From: Pyrinomonadaceae bacterium | GTDB lineage: Bacteria > Acidobacteriota > Blastocatellia > Pyrinomonadales > Pyrinomonadaceae | Assembly: GCA_035572035.1 (NCBI GenBank) | Contig: DATNBH010000070.1 | Location: 37,813 to 101,812 of the forward strand | DNA: 64,000 nt | Direction: 5' to 3' | In this document: positions 10,801 through 21,080 of the stretch, piece after piece | How the letters are laid out: each line of letters starts with the position of its first letter | Numbering within the stretch: position 1 is the first letter of the stretch | Translations under genes and position numbers: made by a program | The notes under the pieces: model-generated | Database searches by the model: none | The model's input: the letters and a program-made list of their open reading frames with translations, nothing else | Told to the model about the DNA's origin: nothing

Positions 10801-13800
10801 TATCCTTACGAGCGCTGACGCCCGCGGCATAATCACAACTGCCGTTTACGATGCGCTGAATCGGCCCATCTCGAAAACTTATCAAAACGATCTCGCCGCT
10901 ACGCCGCCAGTTAACTTCTTCTATGACGGACAAGCGCTACCTGGCGGAGCGCCTCCGAACTTTTCCAGGGGCGCCTCCGTCGGACATCTGGTCGCTGTGG
11001 TGAACGGCGGCAGTACGAGTGAAGGCGATTATTACGGTTATGACCTGCTGGGCCGTCCGGTTATGAAGGTGCAGCGCACGGGTAACAGCAACTATGAGAT
11101 TAACACCGACTACAACGCCTCAAGCCGCACTATTTCGCTAATGTACCCTTCCGGTCACACTGTCTCGTACAACTACGACTCGGCGGGCCGGCTCGCTGAT
11201 CGAGATGGACAGAACCTGGCGATGGTCGGCAATCTCGGAGACGGTTTAGTACGCACCTACTCGAGCGGCATTACCTACAGTAATCGGAACGGACTGGCTC
11301 AGGAAAAACTCGGCACCGACACTGCGATTTACAACAAGCTCTTCTACAACTCTCGCGGACAGCTAGCCGAAATTCGAGCCGGCACCAGTGGGAACAACAC
11401 CAGTTGGAATCGCGGCGCCATCATTAATCATTTCAGTAACTCCTGCTGGGGTATGTGTGGAGGCGCTAACTCCGCCACTAGCATGACCGACAATAATGGC
11501 AATCTAAAACGGCAAGATGTTTACATTCCACAGAACGAACAGGTTTCGAGTTATACAACTTGGGCGGACGGCTACACTTATGATAATCTCAACCGGCTCA
11601 CACAGGTCCATGAGTACACTGACAATCCCTCGCTTGATTGGCAGCAATCTTTCGTCTACGACCAGTGGAGTAACCGGCGCATCAATCAAGCGCTAACTTA
11701 CGGGCCTTCGATTCCCAAGCCGGACTTCACCGTAGACAGTAACAACAGGCTGGCCGCCCCCGCTGGTTTCAACCTAAGCTATGACCCTTCCGGCAATCTC
11801 ATCTCTGATAACTTCACCGGAGAAGGTCAACGTGTTTATGACGCCGAGAATCGCCTGATCAAAGCCTGGGCCAACGGCCAATGGCAGACCTACACGTACG
11901 ACGCGATGGGTCAACGCACCAAACGCAGCGTGTCGGGAACCGAAACCTGGCAGATCTATGGTTTCTCGGGAGAGCTATTGGCTGAATACGCCGCCAACAG
12001 CGCGCCGACAATGGTCAGGAAAGAGTATGGCTATCGGAATGGGCAGTTGCTTGTGACAGCAGAACCCGCTCAAGCGGCGCGCACTAACTATGCCTTGGCG
12101 AGCAATGGAGCAATCGCGACCGCCTCATCGATTTTGTCAAACGCGTTTCCCGCTAGCGGGATTAACAACGGCGATCGAAAAGGATTGAACTGGGGCAATG
12201 GCGGAGGTTGGCGAGATGCCGAGCCAGGTAACACTTTTCCGGATTGGGTCGAGATAACTTTTCCGAGCGCGAAGACGATTGATGAAGTTGACGTCTTCAC
12301 TGTCCAGGACAACTACGCGAACCCCGCAGAACCGACTGAGGCAATGACCTTCGGCGTTTATGGGCTGACGGGTTACGAGGTGCAGTACTGGAACGGGAGC
12401 AGTTGGGCAACAGTCTCCGGTGGCAGCGTTACCGGTAGCAATAAGATCTGGCGCAAGATCACTTTTACGGCGCTCACTACAGCGAAGGTCAGAGTGCGAA
12501 CGAATGCGTCCATCGATGGCTACAGTCGTTTGGTGGAAGTTGAAGCCTGGGGCACTACGTCTGGAGCAGCACCGCGCACGAATGTAGCGCTCGCCGGTAA
12601 TGGTGGCGTGGCGAGCGCTTCCTCGCAATTGTCTGCATCATTTCCGGCGAGCGGAACGATTAACGGCGATCGGAAAGGGCTGAGCTGGGAAAACGGTGGC
12701 GGCTGGCGTGATGCTGAACCGCGAAACAGTTTTCCGGATTGGCTGCAGGTGGAGTTCAACGGCAGCAAGACCATCGATGAAGTCGATGTATTTACGATTC
12801 AGGACAATTACGCCAACCCGTCGGAACCAACCGAGAACATGACGTTCACTACCTATGGCACCACTGGGTATGAAGTGCAGTACTGGAATGGAAGTTCGTT
12901 CGCGGCAGTGCCGGGGGGCGCAGTCACAGGTAACAACAGAGTCTGGCGCAAGATTACTTTCCCTGCGGTGACAACCACGAAGATTCGAGTGCTAACAAAT
13001 GCAACCGCAGATGGCTATAGCCGGCTGGTTGAAGTGGAAGCGTGGACGGCGAGCTCAAGCTCCAGTGAGGCAAACATAAATTGGTTACTCGCGGACCAAC
13101 TCGGAACGCCACGAATGGTCTTCGATAAGTCGGGAAGTCTTGCATCTGTAAAGCGCCATGACTATCTGCCTTTCGGCGAGGAGATCGGCGCAGGCGTTGG
13201 CATCCGGAGCAATTCGCTTGGATACAGCCTAAGCGACGGCGTCCGCCAAAAGTTCACCTCAAAAGAGCGAGACAGCGAAACGGGTCTCGACTATTTTCTG
13301 GCGCGTTACTATCACAGTTCTCAGGGAAGATTCATAAGTCCCGACCCGCTCCTCGCGAGTGGCCGCCCCGGCAACCCTCAAACCTGGAATCGCTATGCGT
13401 ATGCTTTGAATAATCCGCTGCGGTTCACCGATCCCGACGGTCTGGCTGCTAATGAAAGCACCGGCTTCGTTGATTTTCAACAAGGAAATACCCCACAACA
13501 GCCACTACCGACGCCGCCAACTACCCAGCAAAGCGGGACAGGTGAAAATGGACAGGTGTTCGCACCCAAGATAGACCTGACGACATTTTCCTTCGGAACG
13601 GTGGAAGTTAATGGAGCGTCGCCCATTTTCGCAGGCCCTCCTGTACCCTTGGATAGTCAGCCAAATTTGATAATGAACCAAGGAACGACGGCTATGGCGA
13701 ATAATGATTTGAATGGCATGATCGCCATTACCGAACTGCTATTGCACCCAGGTACAGGCGGCGCGGTATCTCTTTCACTCTCTTTGGGTACGGGTGTCGC

Positions 13801-14107
13801 CCCGAACATCAACTGGACTCTAAACAAGACTTTTTACGTACGCTCGCCGGAGGAGGTGTTGCTCCAAACCGGAATCGCGAACCGCACCATCCAGGGAGGA
13901 GTAGCAGAGAAGTTGTCTAAAACTGAAAGCTTAGTTGCTGCTGGCGGAAACTGCCCCAGGCGACTAGGTGACGTCGCAACCATTGGGGGTGCAAATCTGG
14001 CATCAATCTTTGGCCAACAGGCTCGTGACACTGCCCAGGAGGTCGCGCTAGCCAGGTATCAACAGGACTACAGTGCTAACCCATCCTCGGAGTATGTGCC
14101 GCATTAG
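7814..14107 (+). CDS. RHS/YD-repeat polymorphic toxin protein with two tandem F5/8-type-C (discoidin) domains, RHS core (DPDGL) and variable C-terminal toxin domain
   Basis: Sec signal peptide. About 25 YD repeats ([28 protein letters not shown]...). Two roughly 160-aa discoidin-like domains of about 75% identity at 12085-12555 and 12575-13045. RHS core [17 protein letters not shown]...[11 protein letters not shown] ends near 13446. An unrelated roughly 215-aa C-terminal domain follows. GTG start with AGGAG RBS. Confidence 0.9.
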   Translation: MTNSTASLRKAFISRVSFFLFVLSILSLTASTATAQRSITDGSTPLALTPGAPAGSYELSKLESINAYNGSLNFRLPLVEIGGRGSAGYVLSLPIETHWRTVHRSNDNQMIELPSSNSWAFHRRGYGAGQLEGRLGTDPDHPCPPLFHNTLVLSRLTFTAPDGTEYELRDQLTGGQPQSYFCGGNAYPSRGTVFATADGTAATFISDTVIRDDGSVINPTGYLSLRDGTRFRIVNSDVIWMRDRNGNQVTFSYGDKEMTVTDSLNRKVNVKYADFSVGRFYDEITHKGFAGAQRTIRVNYAPLQSALRTNRPGDIGTIQTSAALFPQLTGAPTPSNPNVVSSVVLPDGVLQYQFLYNVYGELARVSLPTGGAYEYDFGTGSAYGDATGVIWSGVGLPEIYRRVLRRRVYIDQGLTLVGLSTYSRPEVETPGYVEINHLKADQTTILARERHHFYGIASSSFDQSSLDYSSWRDGKEYKTEYFGANGSTLLKRVTNTWGQRSVSWWTFSADAAPPNNPFVTETITTLPATGQVTKTSHLNPQSGQPMIDQFNNITDTWVYDYGKEAPGDLLNHTHIDYLTINNGVDYSNRTSPSSPHLLSLVTRQSVYDKLEIEKARTTFEYDNYAVDNFHAGLKDWPALTGVPISGLDSSFTASQTSRGNVTATNRYLFVNGQPSQPITSYIQYDLAGNAVKSIDPRSTAQNIIATTISYDDCFGNPDAEARTNNVPIELASPARRTYAFATSATNALGHKTYSQFDYFLGRVVNVEDANGTVFSAGYNDALDRPKQVTKAVNRELKFQSLTTFSYDDTAHTVTTAGDLRSYGDQALSDQILFDGLGRTVETRKYEGNGNFIAERRMYDALNRVEQSSNPFRPWKNEGPLWNTTQFDGLGRIELSRTADGATSRIEYSGNELLAIDQVGQKRKTITDALGRITKVYEDPDGVNWLTEYLYDTLGNLTTVIQGNRTRTFQYDALSRLTSSTQPETGTRSNTYDQNGNILTSADARGIITTAVYDALNRPISKTYQNDLAATPPVNFFYDGQALPGGAPPNFSRGASVGHLVAVVNGGSTSEGDYYGYDLLGRPVMKVQRTGNSNYEINTDYNASSRTISLMYPSGHTVSYNYDSAGRLADRDGQNLAMVGNLGDGLVRTYSSGITYSNRNGLAQEKLGTDTAIYNKLFYNSRGQLAEIRAGTSGNNTSWNRGAIINHFSNSCWGMCGGANSATSMTDNNGNLKRQDVYIPQNEQVSSYTTWADGYTYDNLNRLTQVHEYTDNPSLDWQQSFVYDQWSNRRINQALTYGPSIPKPDFTVDSNNRLAAPAGFNLSYDPSGNLISDNFTGEGQRVYDAENRLIKAWANGQWQTYTYDAMGQRTKRSVSGTETWQIYGFSGELLAEYAANSAPTMVRKEYGYRNGQLLVTAEPAQAARTNYALASNGAIATASSILSNAFPASGINNGDRKGLNWGNGGGWRDAEPGNTFPDWVEITFPSAKTIDEVDVFTVQDNYANPAEPTEAMTFGVYGLTGYEVQYWNGSSWATVSGGSVTGSNKIWRKITFTALTTAKVRVRTNASIDGYSRLVEVEAWGTTSGAAPRTNVALAGNGGVASASSQLSASFPASGTINGDRKGLSWENGGGWRDAEPRNSFPDWLQVEFNGSKTIDEVDVFTIQDNYANPSEPTENMTFTTYGTTGYEVQYWNGSSFAAVPGGAVTGNNRVWRKITFPAVTTTKIRVLTNATADGYSRLVEVEAWTASSSSSEANINWLLADQLGTPRMVFDKSGSLASVKRHDYLPFGEEIGAGVGIRSNSLGYSLSDGVRQKFTSKERDSETGLDYFLARYYHSSQGRFISPDPLLASGRPGNPQTWNRYAYALNNPLRFTDPDGLAANESTGFVDFQQGNTPQQPLPTPPTTQQSGTGENGQVFAPKIDLTTFSFGTVEVNGASPIFAGPPVPLDSQPNLIMNQGTTAMANNDLNGMIAITELLLHPGTGGAVSLSLSLGTGVAPNINWTLNKTFYVRSPEEVLLQTGIANRTIQGGVAEKLSKTESLVAAGGNCPRRLGDVATIGGANLASIFGQQARDTAQEVALARYQQDYSANPSSEYVPH

Positions 14108-14166
14108 AAAAACGGAAGATCGTAGCGATGTTCACCAAATCTGATTCAGTCCAAGGAAGGAGTGCT

Positions 14167-14832
14167 ATGACCCTACGCAAACCTGTTCTCTTTGCTCTTA
14201 TCTCTTTGAATCTCTGTTTTCAATCGATCGACTTCCGCTGCCTCGCGCAAAACGGAAATATAGTTGTACCTGCGCCGGTATCGATTTATCCGCCAGCGCC
14301 GGCGTTGGAGGCGAAGGCGGTCGGCGATGTGAAGTCGTTTAAGCGAACGCGGTCTGATCTCAAGGCTTCAGTGTTGTCTCACCCGATTCCCGAGGCAACC
14401 CTCGTTTTCGTCTTGCGCGACAAACGGGATGCCAAGGTGATTGTGAAATTGCCAGAAGAAGCAAAGAAGCCACTGACGGAATGCTGGCATGCTGAACTCA
14501 CTTTCTTCTACCTGAGTACGTTCGAAGTTCATGACCTCGAAACCAGAATCAGGGAGCGAGAGACCTTCGGATCCGTGGTGGCAAATGTCCAGGCCAAACT
14601 ACAGAAGTTGACCATAGATACTCCAACCGGCAGGAGAAAGATCTCTCTGAATGAAGCTGTTAGTCTGACGCATCTCCTAAATGAATCGGCTCAATGCGTC
14701 GTTGACGAAGCGAAAGAGAGCCTCAGAGGCAAACCTGTTGCTGGAGTGAAGGGTAGACAGCGATGCCATTTTTTGGCTTCATTCGACGCGATGGACGAAA
14801 CCATGCAGAGTTTGAACCTGACAGGCACATAA
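14167..14832 (+). CDS. Secreted protein immediately downstream of RHS toxin (candidate immunity protein)
   Basis: GGAAGGAG RBS; signal peptide MTLRKPVLFALISLNLCFQS..CLAQ; 60 bp after the RHS stop; no recognisable domain. Confidence 0.45.
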   Translation: MTLRKPVLFALISLNLCFQSIDFRCLAQNGNIVVPAPVSIYPPAPALEAKAVGDVKSFKRTRSDLKASVLSHPIPEATLVFVLRDKRDAKVIVKLPEEAKKPLTECWHAELTFFYLSTFEVHDLETRIRERETFGSVVANVQAKLQKLTIDTPTGRRKISLNEAVSLTHLLNESAQCVVDEAKESLRGKPVAGVKGRQRCHFLASFDAMDETMQSLNLTGT

Positions 14833-14882
14833 AACCCAACGCGGGGTTGCGTGCCTGTTTTCACGCAACCCCGCAAGGGCTC
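14833..14882. terminator. Hairpin between convergent genes (bidirectional terminator candidate)
   Basis: acgcggggttgcgtg...cacgcaaccccgc stem. Confidence 0.4.
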
Positions 14883-14904
14883 CCGGATCGTTAATTCAAG
14901 GAGA

Positions 14905-17061
14905 CTAATTCACTGAGATAGAGGCAAGCTCGTCGTCAGGGTGAGCACTGATTGGGGCAGTGGGAATCGTGTCGTCCATCAGCGAAATGTTCGCAAGATC
15001 TAACTGGTTAGACATAATTGACGGGTTTGACAGAACTGACTGGTTCGAGAGAGCTGTGGGGCTCGAGAGAATTGCGGCGTTCAAAGGCCTCGAGACGTCC
15101 GCAGGAACACGGGAGATTGGGCGAAGCGGTGAGACATTCGCGGCACCATCAACTGCGGCGCGCTTGTGATCGGACTTGACGCGGTACATCGCCTGGTCGG
15201 CGACAATCAACAGCTGATCAAGACTCTCGCCGTCGATATCGAACGTAGCCGTGCCGACGCTGATACCAACGCGCGCATACTTGTCACCGCTCACGCGCAT
15301 CGCAAAATGCGCGATCGCATTCTCGATGCGCGAGCGCAAGTCCTCAACCTGACCGTCTCCGACTTCCTGCACAATCGCTACAAACTCATCGCCGGCGTAG
15401 CGCGCCAGGAAATCGTACTCGCGCAGCTGCTCCTGAATCAGATGCGCCACCTCGCGCAGCATCTTGTCGCCGACCTTGTGACCAAACGTATCGTTCACCG
15501 TCTTGAAGTCATCGAGGTCCAGCATCACCACCTGGAAAGGCCGTCCCGTGCGCCGCGCGCGCGAGACTTCCTGCTCGAACCGCAGCGCCATGTAACGCGG
15601 ATTGGGCAAGCCCGTCAGCGCATCCGTCAGCGCGTGCGATTCAGCCTCAGCGTGATGCATCGCATTCGTGAGCGCATCCGAAGCCAGACGCGTCACCGTC
15701 TCGAGCATGCGCATGTGATCGTCGGTGTACTGCTCCAGCTCGACTGAGTACACCGAAAGCGCGCCAATCAAAACTTCATTCTTGAACAACGGCAGCGACG
15801 CCATCGATCGAAATGTCGAAGCCGGCAAACCAAAGTCAAGAAAGTCGAGATTCGGGTGCAGCTTGTTCACCGGACTGCGGTTCGCAAGCGCGAAGCCCGT
15901 GACGCCTTCGCCCGGCGCTATGCAGCGAGTCTTAATCAAGTCAGCGTATTGGCCGACAACGTGGGCGGCATTCGCGTGACCCTTCAGCTCGTCGTACAGG
16001 TAGACCGCGCACGTATCCCAGGGCACCAGGTGACCGACCTTGTCGACGAGCACCGTCAACGTTTCCTTCAATTCCAGCGATGATCCAAACGTGCGCGCAA
16101 TCTCATAGAGCGCGTAGCCTTCGCGATCGGCGTCTTTGATTTGGTTGTAGGCCTGGTAGCAGCCACGCTCGCGTGTTTGCGCCAGGTCGACGTTCGTCAT
16201 CTTGAGCGGCTCGCGCCAGCTGTGGCCATGGTCCTGCGCCTGCAAATCCTGCGCTGCGATCGCTGCTTCAAAGCGAGGCAGGCTCTCGATGAATGCGTCC
16301 ACCACTCTCGGATCGAAATGATTTCCAGAACCGCGGCGCAACATCGCAATCGCTTCATCACGGGTCATGCTCGGACGGAACGGCCGATCCTCGCGCACTG
16401 AATCAAAGCAGTCGATGACCGAGAAGATGCGCGCGGTCAGCGGAATCTGTTCGCCGGCCAAACCGTCGGGATAGCCCTGGCCATCCCATTGCTCGTGGTG
16501 ATGTCTGACAATGGGAACGACCGGAAACGGAAAATCGACGCGACTCAACATCTGCGCGCCCACGGTCGTGTGAATTTTCATCTTTTCGAATTCAGCCGCG
16601 GTGAGCCTGCCTGGCTTATTCAAAATATGGGCCGGCACTGCCAGCTTCCCGACGTCGTGCAGCAACGCGCCGCTCTTCAACGCGGCAATTTCAGAACTGG
16701 AAAGTCCAAAGGCCTCGCCCATTCCTTCAGCGTAAAGTTGCACGCGGCGAACGTGGCAATGCGTAGTCTGGTCCTTCGCATCGATCGCGGTGGCGAGGGC
16801 TTCGGCAGTAGCCAAATGCAAACGACTCATCGCCTCAGCCTCGTTTGCTTTCGTACTCAGTCGATCGAGAAGCATCTTGCGCATGAAGTAAGAGATGCCC
16901 GCCAAAACTATTACCGGCATCAGCGCGCGCGCGACACGAACGTAGGTAAAGGTTTGTGATTCGTAAGCGATCCACACACCTACAATCGAGACAGAGAAAA
17001 TCAGTACTGCCCAGTAGAGTCTGATGGCTCGGTTGTAACCAGACACATCGGGGGTTTGCAT
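14905..17061 (-). CDS. Membrane-anchored c-di-GMP signalling protein: HD-GYP phosphodiesterase + GAF + GGDEF-type domain (AGDEF variant)
   Basis: N-terminal TM helices; HD...HHEQWDGQGYPDGL; C-terminal diguanylate-cyclase fold with YAGDEF. Confidence 0.85.
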   Translation of the reverse strand: MQTPDVSGYNRAIRLYWAVLIFSVSIVGVWIAYESQTFTYVRVARALMPVIVLAGISYFMRKMLLDRLSTKANEAEAMSRLHLATAEALATAIDAKDQTTHCHVRRVQLYAEGMGEAFGLSSSEIAALKSGALLHDVGKLAVPAHILNKPGRLTAAEFEKMKIHTTVGAQMLSRVDFPFPVVPIVRHHHEQWDGQGYPDGLAGEQIPLTARIFSVIDCFDSVREDRPFRPSMTRDEAIAMLRRGSGNHFDPRVVDAFIESLPRFEAAIAAQDLQAQDHGHSWREPLKMTNVDLAQTRERGCYQAYNQIKDADREGYALYEIARTFGSSLELKETLTVLVDKVGHLVPWDTCAVYLYDELKGHANAAHVVGQYADLIKTRCIAPGEGVTGFALANRSPVNKLHPNLDFLDFGLPASTFRSMASLPLFKNEVLIGALSVYSVELEQYTDDHMRMLETVTRLASDALTNAMHHAEAESHALTDALTGLPNPRYMALRFEQEVSRARRTGRPFQVVMLDLDDFKTVNDTFGHKVGDKMLREVAHLIQEQLREYDFLARYAGDEFVAIVQEVGDGQVEDLRSRIENAIAHFAMRVSGDKYARVGISVGTATFDIDGESLDQLLIVADQAMYRVKSDHKRAAVDGAANVSPLRPISRVPADVSRPLNAAILSSPTALSNQSVLSNPSIMSNQLDLANISLMDDTIPTAPISAHPDDELASISVN

Positions 17062-17518
17062 CCTGCTCCTTTAATGAGCGCTTGACTTCTTATTGCATCC
17101 GTTCAGCAGTCGTGCCGGGCACTTTCGGCAAGATCGCAATTCGTCCCCGCCGAAAGCGAAGGCCGGGGTCAATTCAGCTATCGCTTCCGGCGGGGTACGA
17201 GGCAAGAGCGACCGGTTATGTTCTGTTGGTGGCCCAGCGAGTTCATCCATGCCGGGCGCGTTCACGCATTTCTTCCTTTGGCGATCCATGTTGCGAGTAA
17301 CGCTGAAAAATTGTGCGGCCATCAGGGCTTCGTGCGGATAACCCATTTTGAAGCTATTGCTTCCGGGCCGCGCCATTCCTATTTCAATTGATGTGCCGAA
17401 GACTTTAGGTCGCTGAAAAGCAGGATTTGCTCGCAGTTTGAGTGGTGTGACTGACGTCTGGCGATTCTTTAAGTCAGATTGATAAATCAGATTGAGGGTT
17501 CGGTCAGTTTGGTGAAGG

Positions 17519-17580
17519 TAGTAGGCTGCCAGCCTGCAAAATGGTTTCTCCGCTCGACAGGCTGGCAGCCTGCCGTACAT
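17519..17580. repeat. REP-like palindromes, family B (ACAGGCTGGCAGCCTGT), two copies
   Basis: Other copies at 20462-20488, 39194-39214, 39722-39743 and 62851-62937. Confidence 0.6.
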
Positions 17581-17628
17581 TGTGGCAACCTCTCTTTGAA
17601 AGAACAGCACGCATGACTGGACAAGTCG

Positions 17629-18954
17629 TTGGGGAAATCAATCAAGAATCTTGAGGCGCGAGGTTCGGTCGGTTACATCGAGCTGCTGCGAAGCAACCCT
17701 GCCTTTCGTAATCTCTGGTTGGGCCAGGTCGTCAGTCAGATGGGTGACTGGTTCGACACCATCGCGCTTTACACCATCATTCTGAACCTCACCGGCTCGG
17801 GACGAAACGTCGGCCTTCTCATGGTCGCGCGCTTCGTGCCGAGTTTTGTGTTCGGCCCGGTGTCCGGTGTGATTGCGGACCGTTTCAGTCGCAAAACGAT
17901 CATGATTCTGTCCGATGTGCTGCGCGCTTTCGTCGTGCTTGGCTTTCTTTTTGTGCGCCGCCCGGATCAATTGTGGCTGATTTATGTTCTCACAGTGCTG
18001 CAACTGGTTTTTTCCACCTTCTTCGAGCCGGCCCGCACCGCCGCTGTGCCTTCGATTGTTTCCGAACGAGAATTGTTACCGGCTAACGCCATTTCGTCGG
18101 TTACGTGGTCGGCGATGTTGACGATTGGCGCTGCCATTGGCGGCGTGGTTACAGGTTGGTTCGGAACGAATGCCGCGTTCATTCTTGATTCGTTGTCATA
18201 CGTGTTGTCAGCCGTATTCATTGCGAGTATTCGTTTCCCCAAACGTCCTCCTCGAGTGAAGACAGAATTGACGGTTGGTAAGGTTCTGGGTGTTACCCAA
18301 ACATTGGAAGGCGCGCGTTACGTAAAGAATCGCCGGCGCGTGCTCGCATTTCTACTGGTGAAGCCCGCCTGGGGACTGGGCGGAGGCATCCTTACTCTCC
18401 TCGCAGTGTTTGGCGAAAAGATCTTCCCTGTCGGTCGCAGTACCGCTACCGGCATCGGAGTACTTTTCGCAGCGAGAGGGATTGGGACCGCAGTCGGCCC
18501 CATCGTGGCGCGGCGCATCGCCGGTGAGAGTCGCCAGCGAATGCAGTCAGCAATCGGGATTTCCTTTTTAATTGGAGGCGTGTTCTATATCCTGTTCGGG
18601 ACCAGCTCGAGTTTCCTGTTCGCGCTGCTGGTCCTTGGCGTTGCGCATACGGGCGGTAGTATCCTTTGGGTGTTCTCAACGGTGCTGTTACAGCGTGACG
18701 TGGAGGATGGGTTCCGTGGGCGAGTATTCGCTGCCGAACTGGCGCTGTTGACTTTGACGATGGCTGCTTCGAACTATGTGACTGGCGAGCTGCTTGATCG
18801 CTGGCACTTGTCGCCGAGATGGGTGACAGCCGGCATAGGTATTTTCTTTATCATTCCAGGAATCTTATGGTTCATTACGGAAAGATGGTGGGATAGAGGA
18901 CAAGCCAGTGTTGAGCCGGCAGTGGCGGTCGATCAAAAGCTCGAAACTATTTAG
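17629..18954 (+). CDS. MFS transporter (EntS/enterobactin-exporter-like family)
   Basis: 12 predicted TM segments; MFS motifs; TTG start. Confidence 0.8.
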   Translation: MGKSIKNLEARGSVGYIELLRSNPAFRNLWLGQVVSQMGDWFDTIALYTIILNLTGSGRNVGLLMVARFVPSFVFGPVSGVIADRFSRKTIMILSDVLRAFVVLGFLFVRRPDQLWLIYVLTVLQLVFSTFFEPARTAAVPSIVSERELLPANAISSVTWSAMLTIGAAIGGVVTGWFGTNAAFILDSLSYVLSAVFIASIRFPKRPPRVKTELTVGKVLGVTQTLEGARYVKNRRRVLAFLLVKPAWGLGGGILTLLAVFGEKIFPVGRSTATGIGVLFAARGIGTAVGPIVARRIAGESRQRMQSAIGISFLIGGVFYILFGTSSSFLFALLVLGVAHTGGSILWVFSTVLLQRDVEDGFRGRVFAAELALLTLTMAASNYVTGELLDRWHLSPRWVTAGIGIFFIIPGILWFITERWWDRGQASVEPAVAVDQKLETI

Positions 18955-19050
18955 GTCTTTGGTCTTTGGTAAATACGAAAACCGGTTCAGATTTAGAAAG
19001 TCAACGCTTAGTTACCTCGCTACAAAGACCAAAGGCCCAAGACCAAAACC
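18954..19050. repeat. Palindromic element, family C (TCTTTGGTCTTTGG...CCAAAGGCCCAAGACCAAAA)
   Basis: Inverted CTTTG-rich arms. Related copies at 38443-38542, 39644-39668, 53572-53680, 62152-62250; octamer variant at 19600-19648. Confidence 0.6.
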
Positions 19051-19059
19051 TTTTAAGTC

Positions 19060-19590
19060 ATGAAAATCAAAGTTGGAGTTATGGGCTCGGCTGGTGAAGC
19101 CAGCGACGGTTTGCGAACTAAAGCGGAGTCACTGGCGCGCGCCATCGCGGCGCGTAACGTCATTCTGCTGACCGGGGCGACCACCGGCGTCGTTTATGAG
19201 GTCGGCAAACAAGCACACGATGACGGAGCTTTTCATGTTGGGATTTCTCCCGCAGGCGATCAACTCGAACACATCGAGAGCTACAAACTCCCAATTGATG
19301 CTTGCGATGTGTTGATCTACACGGGCTTTGGCTTGAAAGGGCGCAATGTAGTGCTCGTAAGGTCGTGCGACATCGTGCTCTTCATTGCCGGAGCTATGGG
19401 ATCGTTGAATGAGTTCACGATCGCTCACGACGAAGCCAAAATAATCGGCTGTCTTACCAACACCGGTGGCGTAGCTGATGAAGTCGAATATCTTCTGGAG
19501 AAGTTTTCGAAGCCAACCGGCGCGCAGGTCTTCCTCCATTCCGAGCCGGAGCAACTACTCGCCGCCTGCCTTGACTCCATCAATCTTTAA
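19060..19590 (+). CDS. LOG/TIGR00725-family Rossmann-fold nucleotide-binding protein
   Basis: VGVMGSAGEA and GAMGSLNEF motifs resembling the LOG PGGxGTxxE signature. Confidence 0.65.
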   Translation: MKIKVGVMGSAGEASDGLRTKAESLARAIAARNVILLTGATTGVVYEVGKQAHDDGAFHVGISPAGDQLEHIESYKLPIDACDVLIYTGFGLKGRNVVLVRSCDIVLFIAGAMGSLNEFTIAHDEAKIIGCLTNTGGVADEVEYLLEKFSKPTGAQVFLHSEPEQLLAACLDSINL

Positions 19591-19599
19591 CCACCAATT

Positions 19600-19648
19600 C
19601 TGGTCTTCCTTTGCGTCTTTGCGTCTTTGCGCCTTTGCGTCTTGCGGA
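19600..19648. repeat. Tandem octamer repeat (CTTTGCGT)x4-5
   Basis: Seen directly. Confidence 0.6.
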
Positions 19649-19800
19649 ACCGGTTTATCGATCTAAATCCACAGATCAGTTTCCCGCAATGGCGCAAAGC
19701 TGCAAAGGGATTACGCGATTCTCGTCAGCAGACACACCCTTAACATCTGGTTTGCGTTGCCAAAGAGCGCCAGCTAAACTCGCGGCGCATTAAATCCAAC

Positions 19801-20460
19801 ATGATCGACGACCAAGACAAACCTGTGGAAGCGATGGCTACGGCCACTCACGTCGCGACTGATTTCGCGGTCACAGAACTGGACCATCCTTCCTGGAAAA
19901 AACCACAGCCAATAAAGATCAATCGCTACTGGTCTGGCGTCGAAGCACCGCAAGGACGAACTGCCGAAGCGAAACTTTTATGGTCTGACAAGGCCATTCA
20001 TGTTCGTTATGTTTGCAATCAAACTGAACCGTTAGTTATCAGCGAGAATCCTGTCAGGGACAAAAAGACCAGAGGGTTATGGGATCGAGACGTCTGTGAG
20101 ATTTTTCTTGCCCCTGACCCAAGCGTGCCGGAACGATATTTCGAATTTGAAGCAGCACCCACTGGAGAGTGGATTGACCTGGCGATTCATACGACGCCTG
20201 AGAAGCGCGACACCGACTGGGACTTTCACTCAAGCATGAGCGCGGCAGCTCGCGTAGAAAAAGAACGAGTGATCATCGCCATGAGAATTCCCTGGGATCA
20301 CTGGATTCATAAACCTCAACATGGCGAACGCTGGCGAGTGAATTTATTTCGCTGTGTGGGAAAAGGAGAGACTAGAGGATATTTAGCGTGGCGACCTACG
20401 CTCGCCCCTGAACCTGCCTTCCACGTTCCTTCAGCTTTTGGTTGGCTTCGATTTGCCTAA
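19801..20460 (+). CDS. Hypothetical protein (possible CBM9-like / sugar-binding fold)
   Basis: Weak resemblance only; no signal peptide. Confidence 0.35.
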   Translation: MIDDQDKPVEAMATATHVATDFAVTELDHPSWKKPQPIKINRYWSGVEAPQGRTAEAKLLWSDKAIHVRYVCNQTEPLVISENPVRDKKTRGLWDRDVCEIFLAPDPSVPERYFEFEAAPTGEWIDLAIHTTPEKRDTDWDFHSSMSAAARVEKERVIIAMRIPWDHWIHKPQHGERWRVNLFRCVGKGETRGYLAWRPTLAPEPAFHVPSAFGWLRFA

Positions 20461-20525
20461 GTGCGACAGGCTGCCAGCCTGTCGCAACTCAACTCATGGC
20501 GCGCTGAGCAGACTGACAGCCGGCT

Positions 20526-20951
20526 CTACTTTTGCAAAAGGCCCGTGACAAACTCGTCGTAGCGGCTGCGATCCTTATCGCTCATCGCTGCAATCGAAAC
20601 GCCAATTAGATATCCGTGCTCCGCCCCTTCTTCATCGAGCCGTTCGTAGCGGACTGGAGTCACCTGAACTTCAATCGTTCCGTCAGGCAACTCGACGTCC
20701 AGGATCAACGTGCGATTTTCGCCGGCCAGGTAATGATCGCCGATCCGAATGACGGGGACCACTACAGCAAGCCCGGTTGTACTAATGTCGAGAGTGTGGC
20801 CGCTGGTGGATTGTCCGCGATTTACCGTGTGGCTGTGAGACTCCTCAAGCAACGTAACCACGACCGGCAAATTTGCCTGACAGCGTTCCGCGCGTCTGCG
20901 GTCGCCAATGAAATGGCGAAGTCTTGATGCGATGTTGCGTGCGAGTTCAGA
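20526..20951 (-). CDS. PilZ-domain protein (c-di-GMP receptor)
   Basis: RRRAERCQANLPVVV...GHTLDISTTGLAVVV matches the RxxxR...D/NxSxxG PilZ motifs. Start placed at MSELARN because the longer ORF would run into the MITE-like repeat TIR. Confidence 0.7.
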   Translation of the reverse strand, partial: SELARNIASRLRHFIGDRRRAERCQANLPVVVTLLEESHSHTVNRGQSTSGHTLDISTTGLAVVVPVIRIGDHYLAGENRTLILDVELPDGTIEVQVTPVRYERLDEEGAEHGYLIGVSIAAMSDKDRSRYDEFVTGLLQK

Positions 20952-21080
20952 CATTTGCACCGCGCTGGATCGGGAACCCGGGCTGAACGCTTCGTTATTG
21001 AGGAGGGCAAAGTCGGGGAATGAACTGTCAACCCATTCTAGAGAAGTAATGTCGGACTGCGCAATGATTAAGTTTCGACG

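Noticed and set aside
17125-17175. Stable hairpin (CCCCGCCG...CGGCGGGG) that could be a riboswitch or sRNA in the MFS leader
   Set aside because: No recognisable riboswitch consensus. It cannot be distinguished from a terminator of the divergent gene or a generic palindrome by eye.
17071-17610. 179-aa ORF on the minus strand in the divergent intergenic region between the c-di-GMP gene and the MFS gene
   Set aside because: No RBS. The composition is Arg/Cys/Pro-rich and typical of GC-rich non-coding frames. The region contains family B palindromes and a long hairpin. It is more likely promoter or leader sequence.
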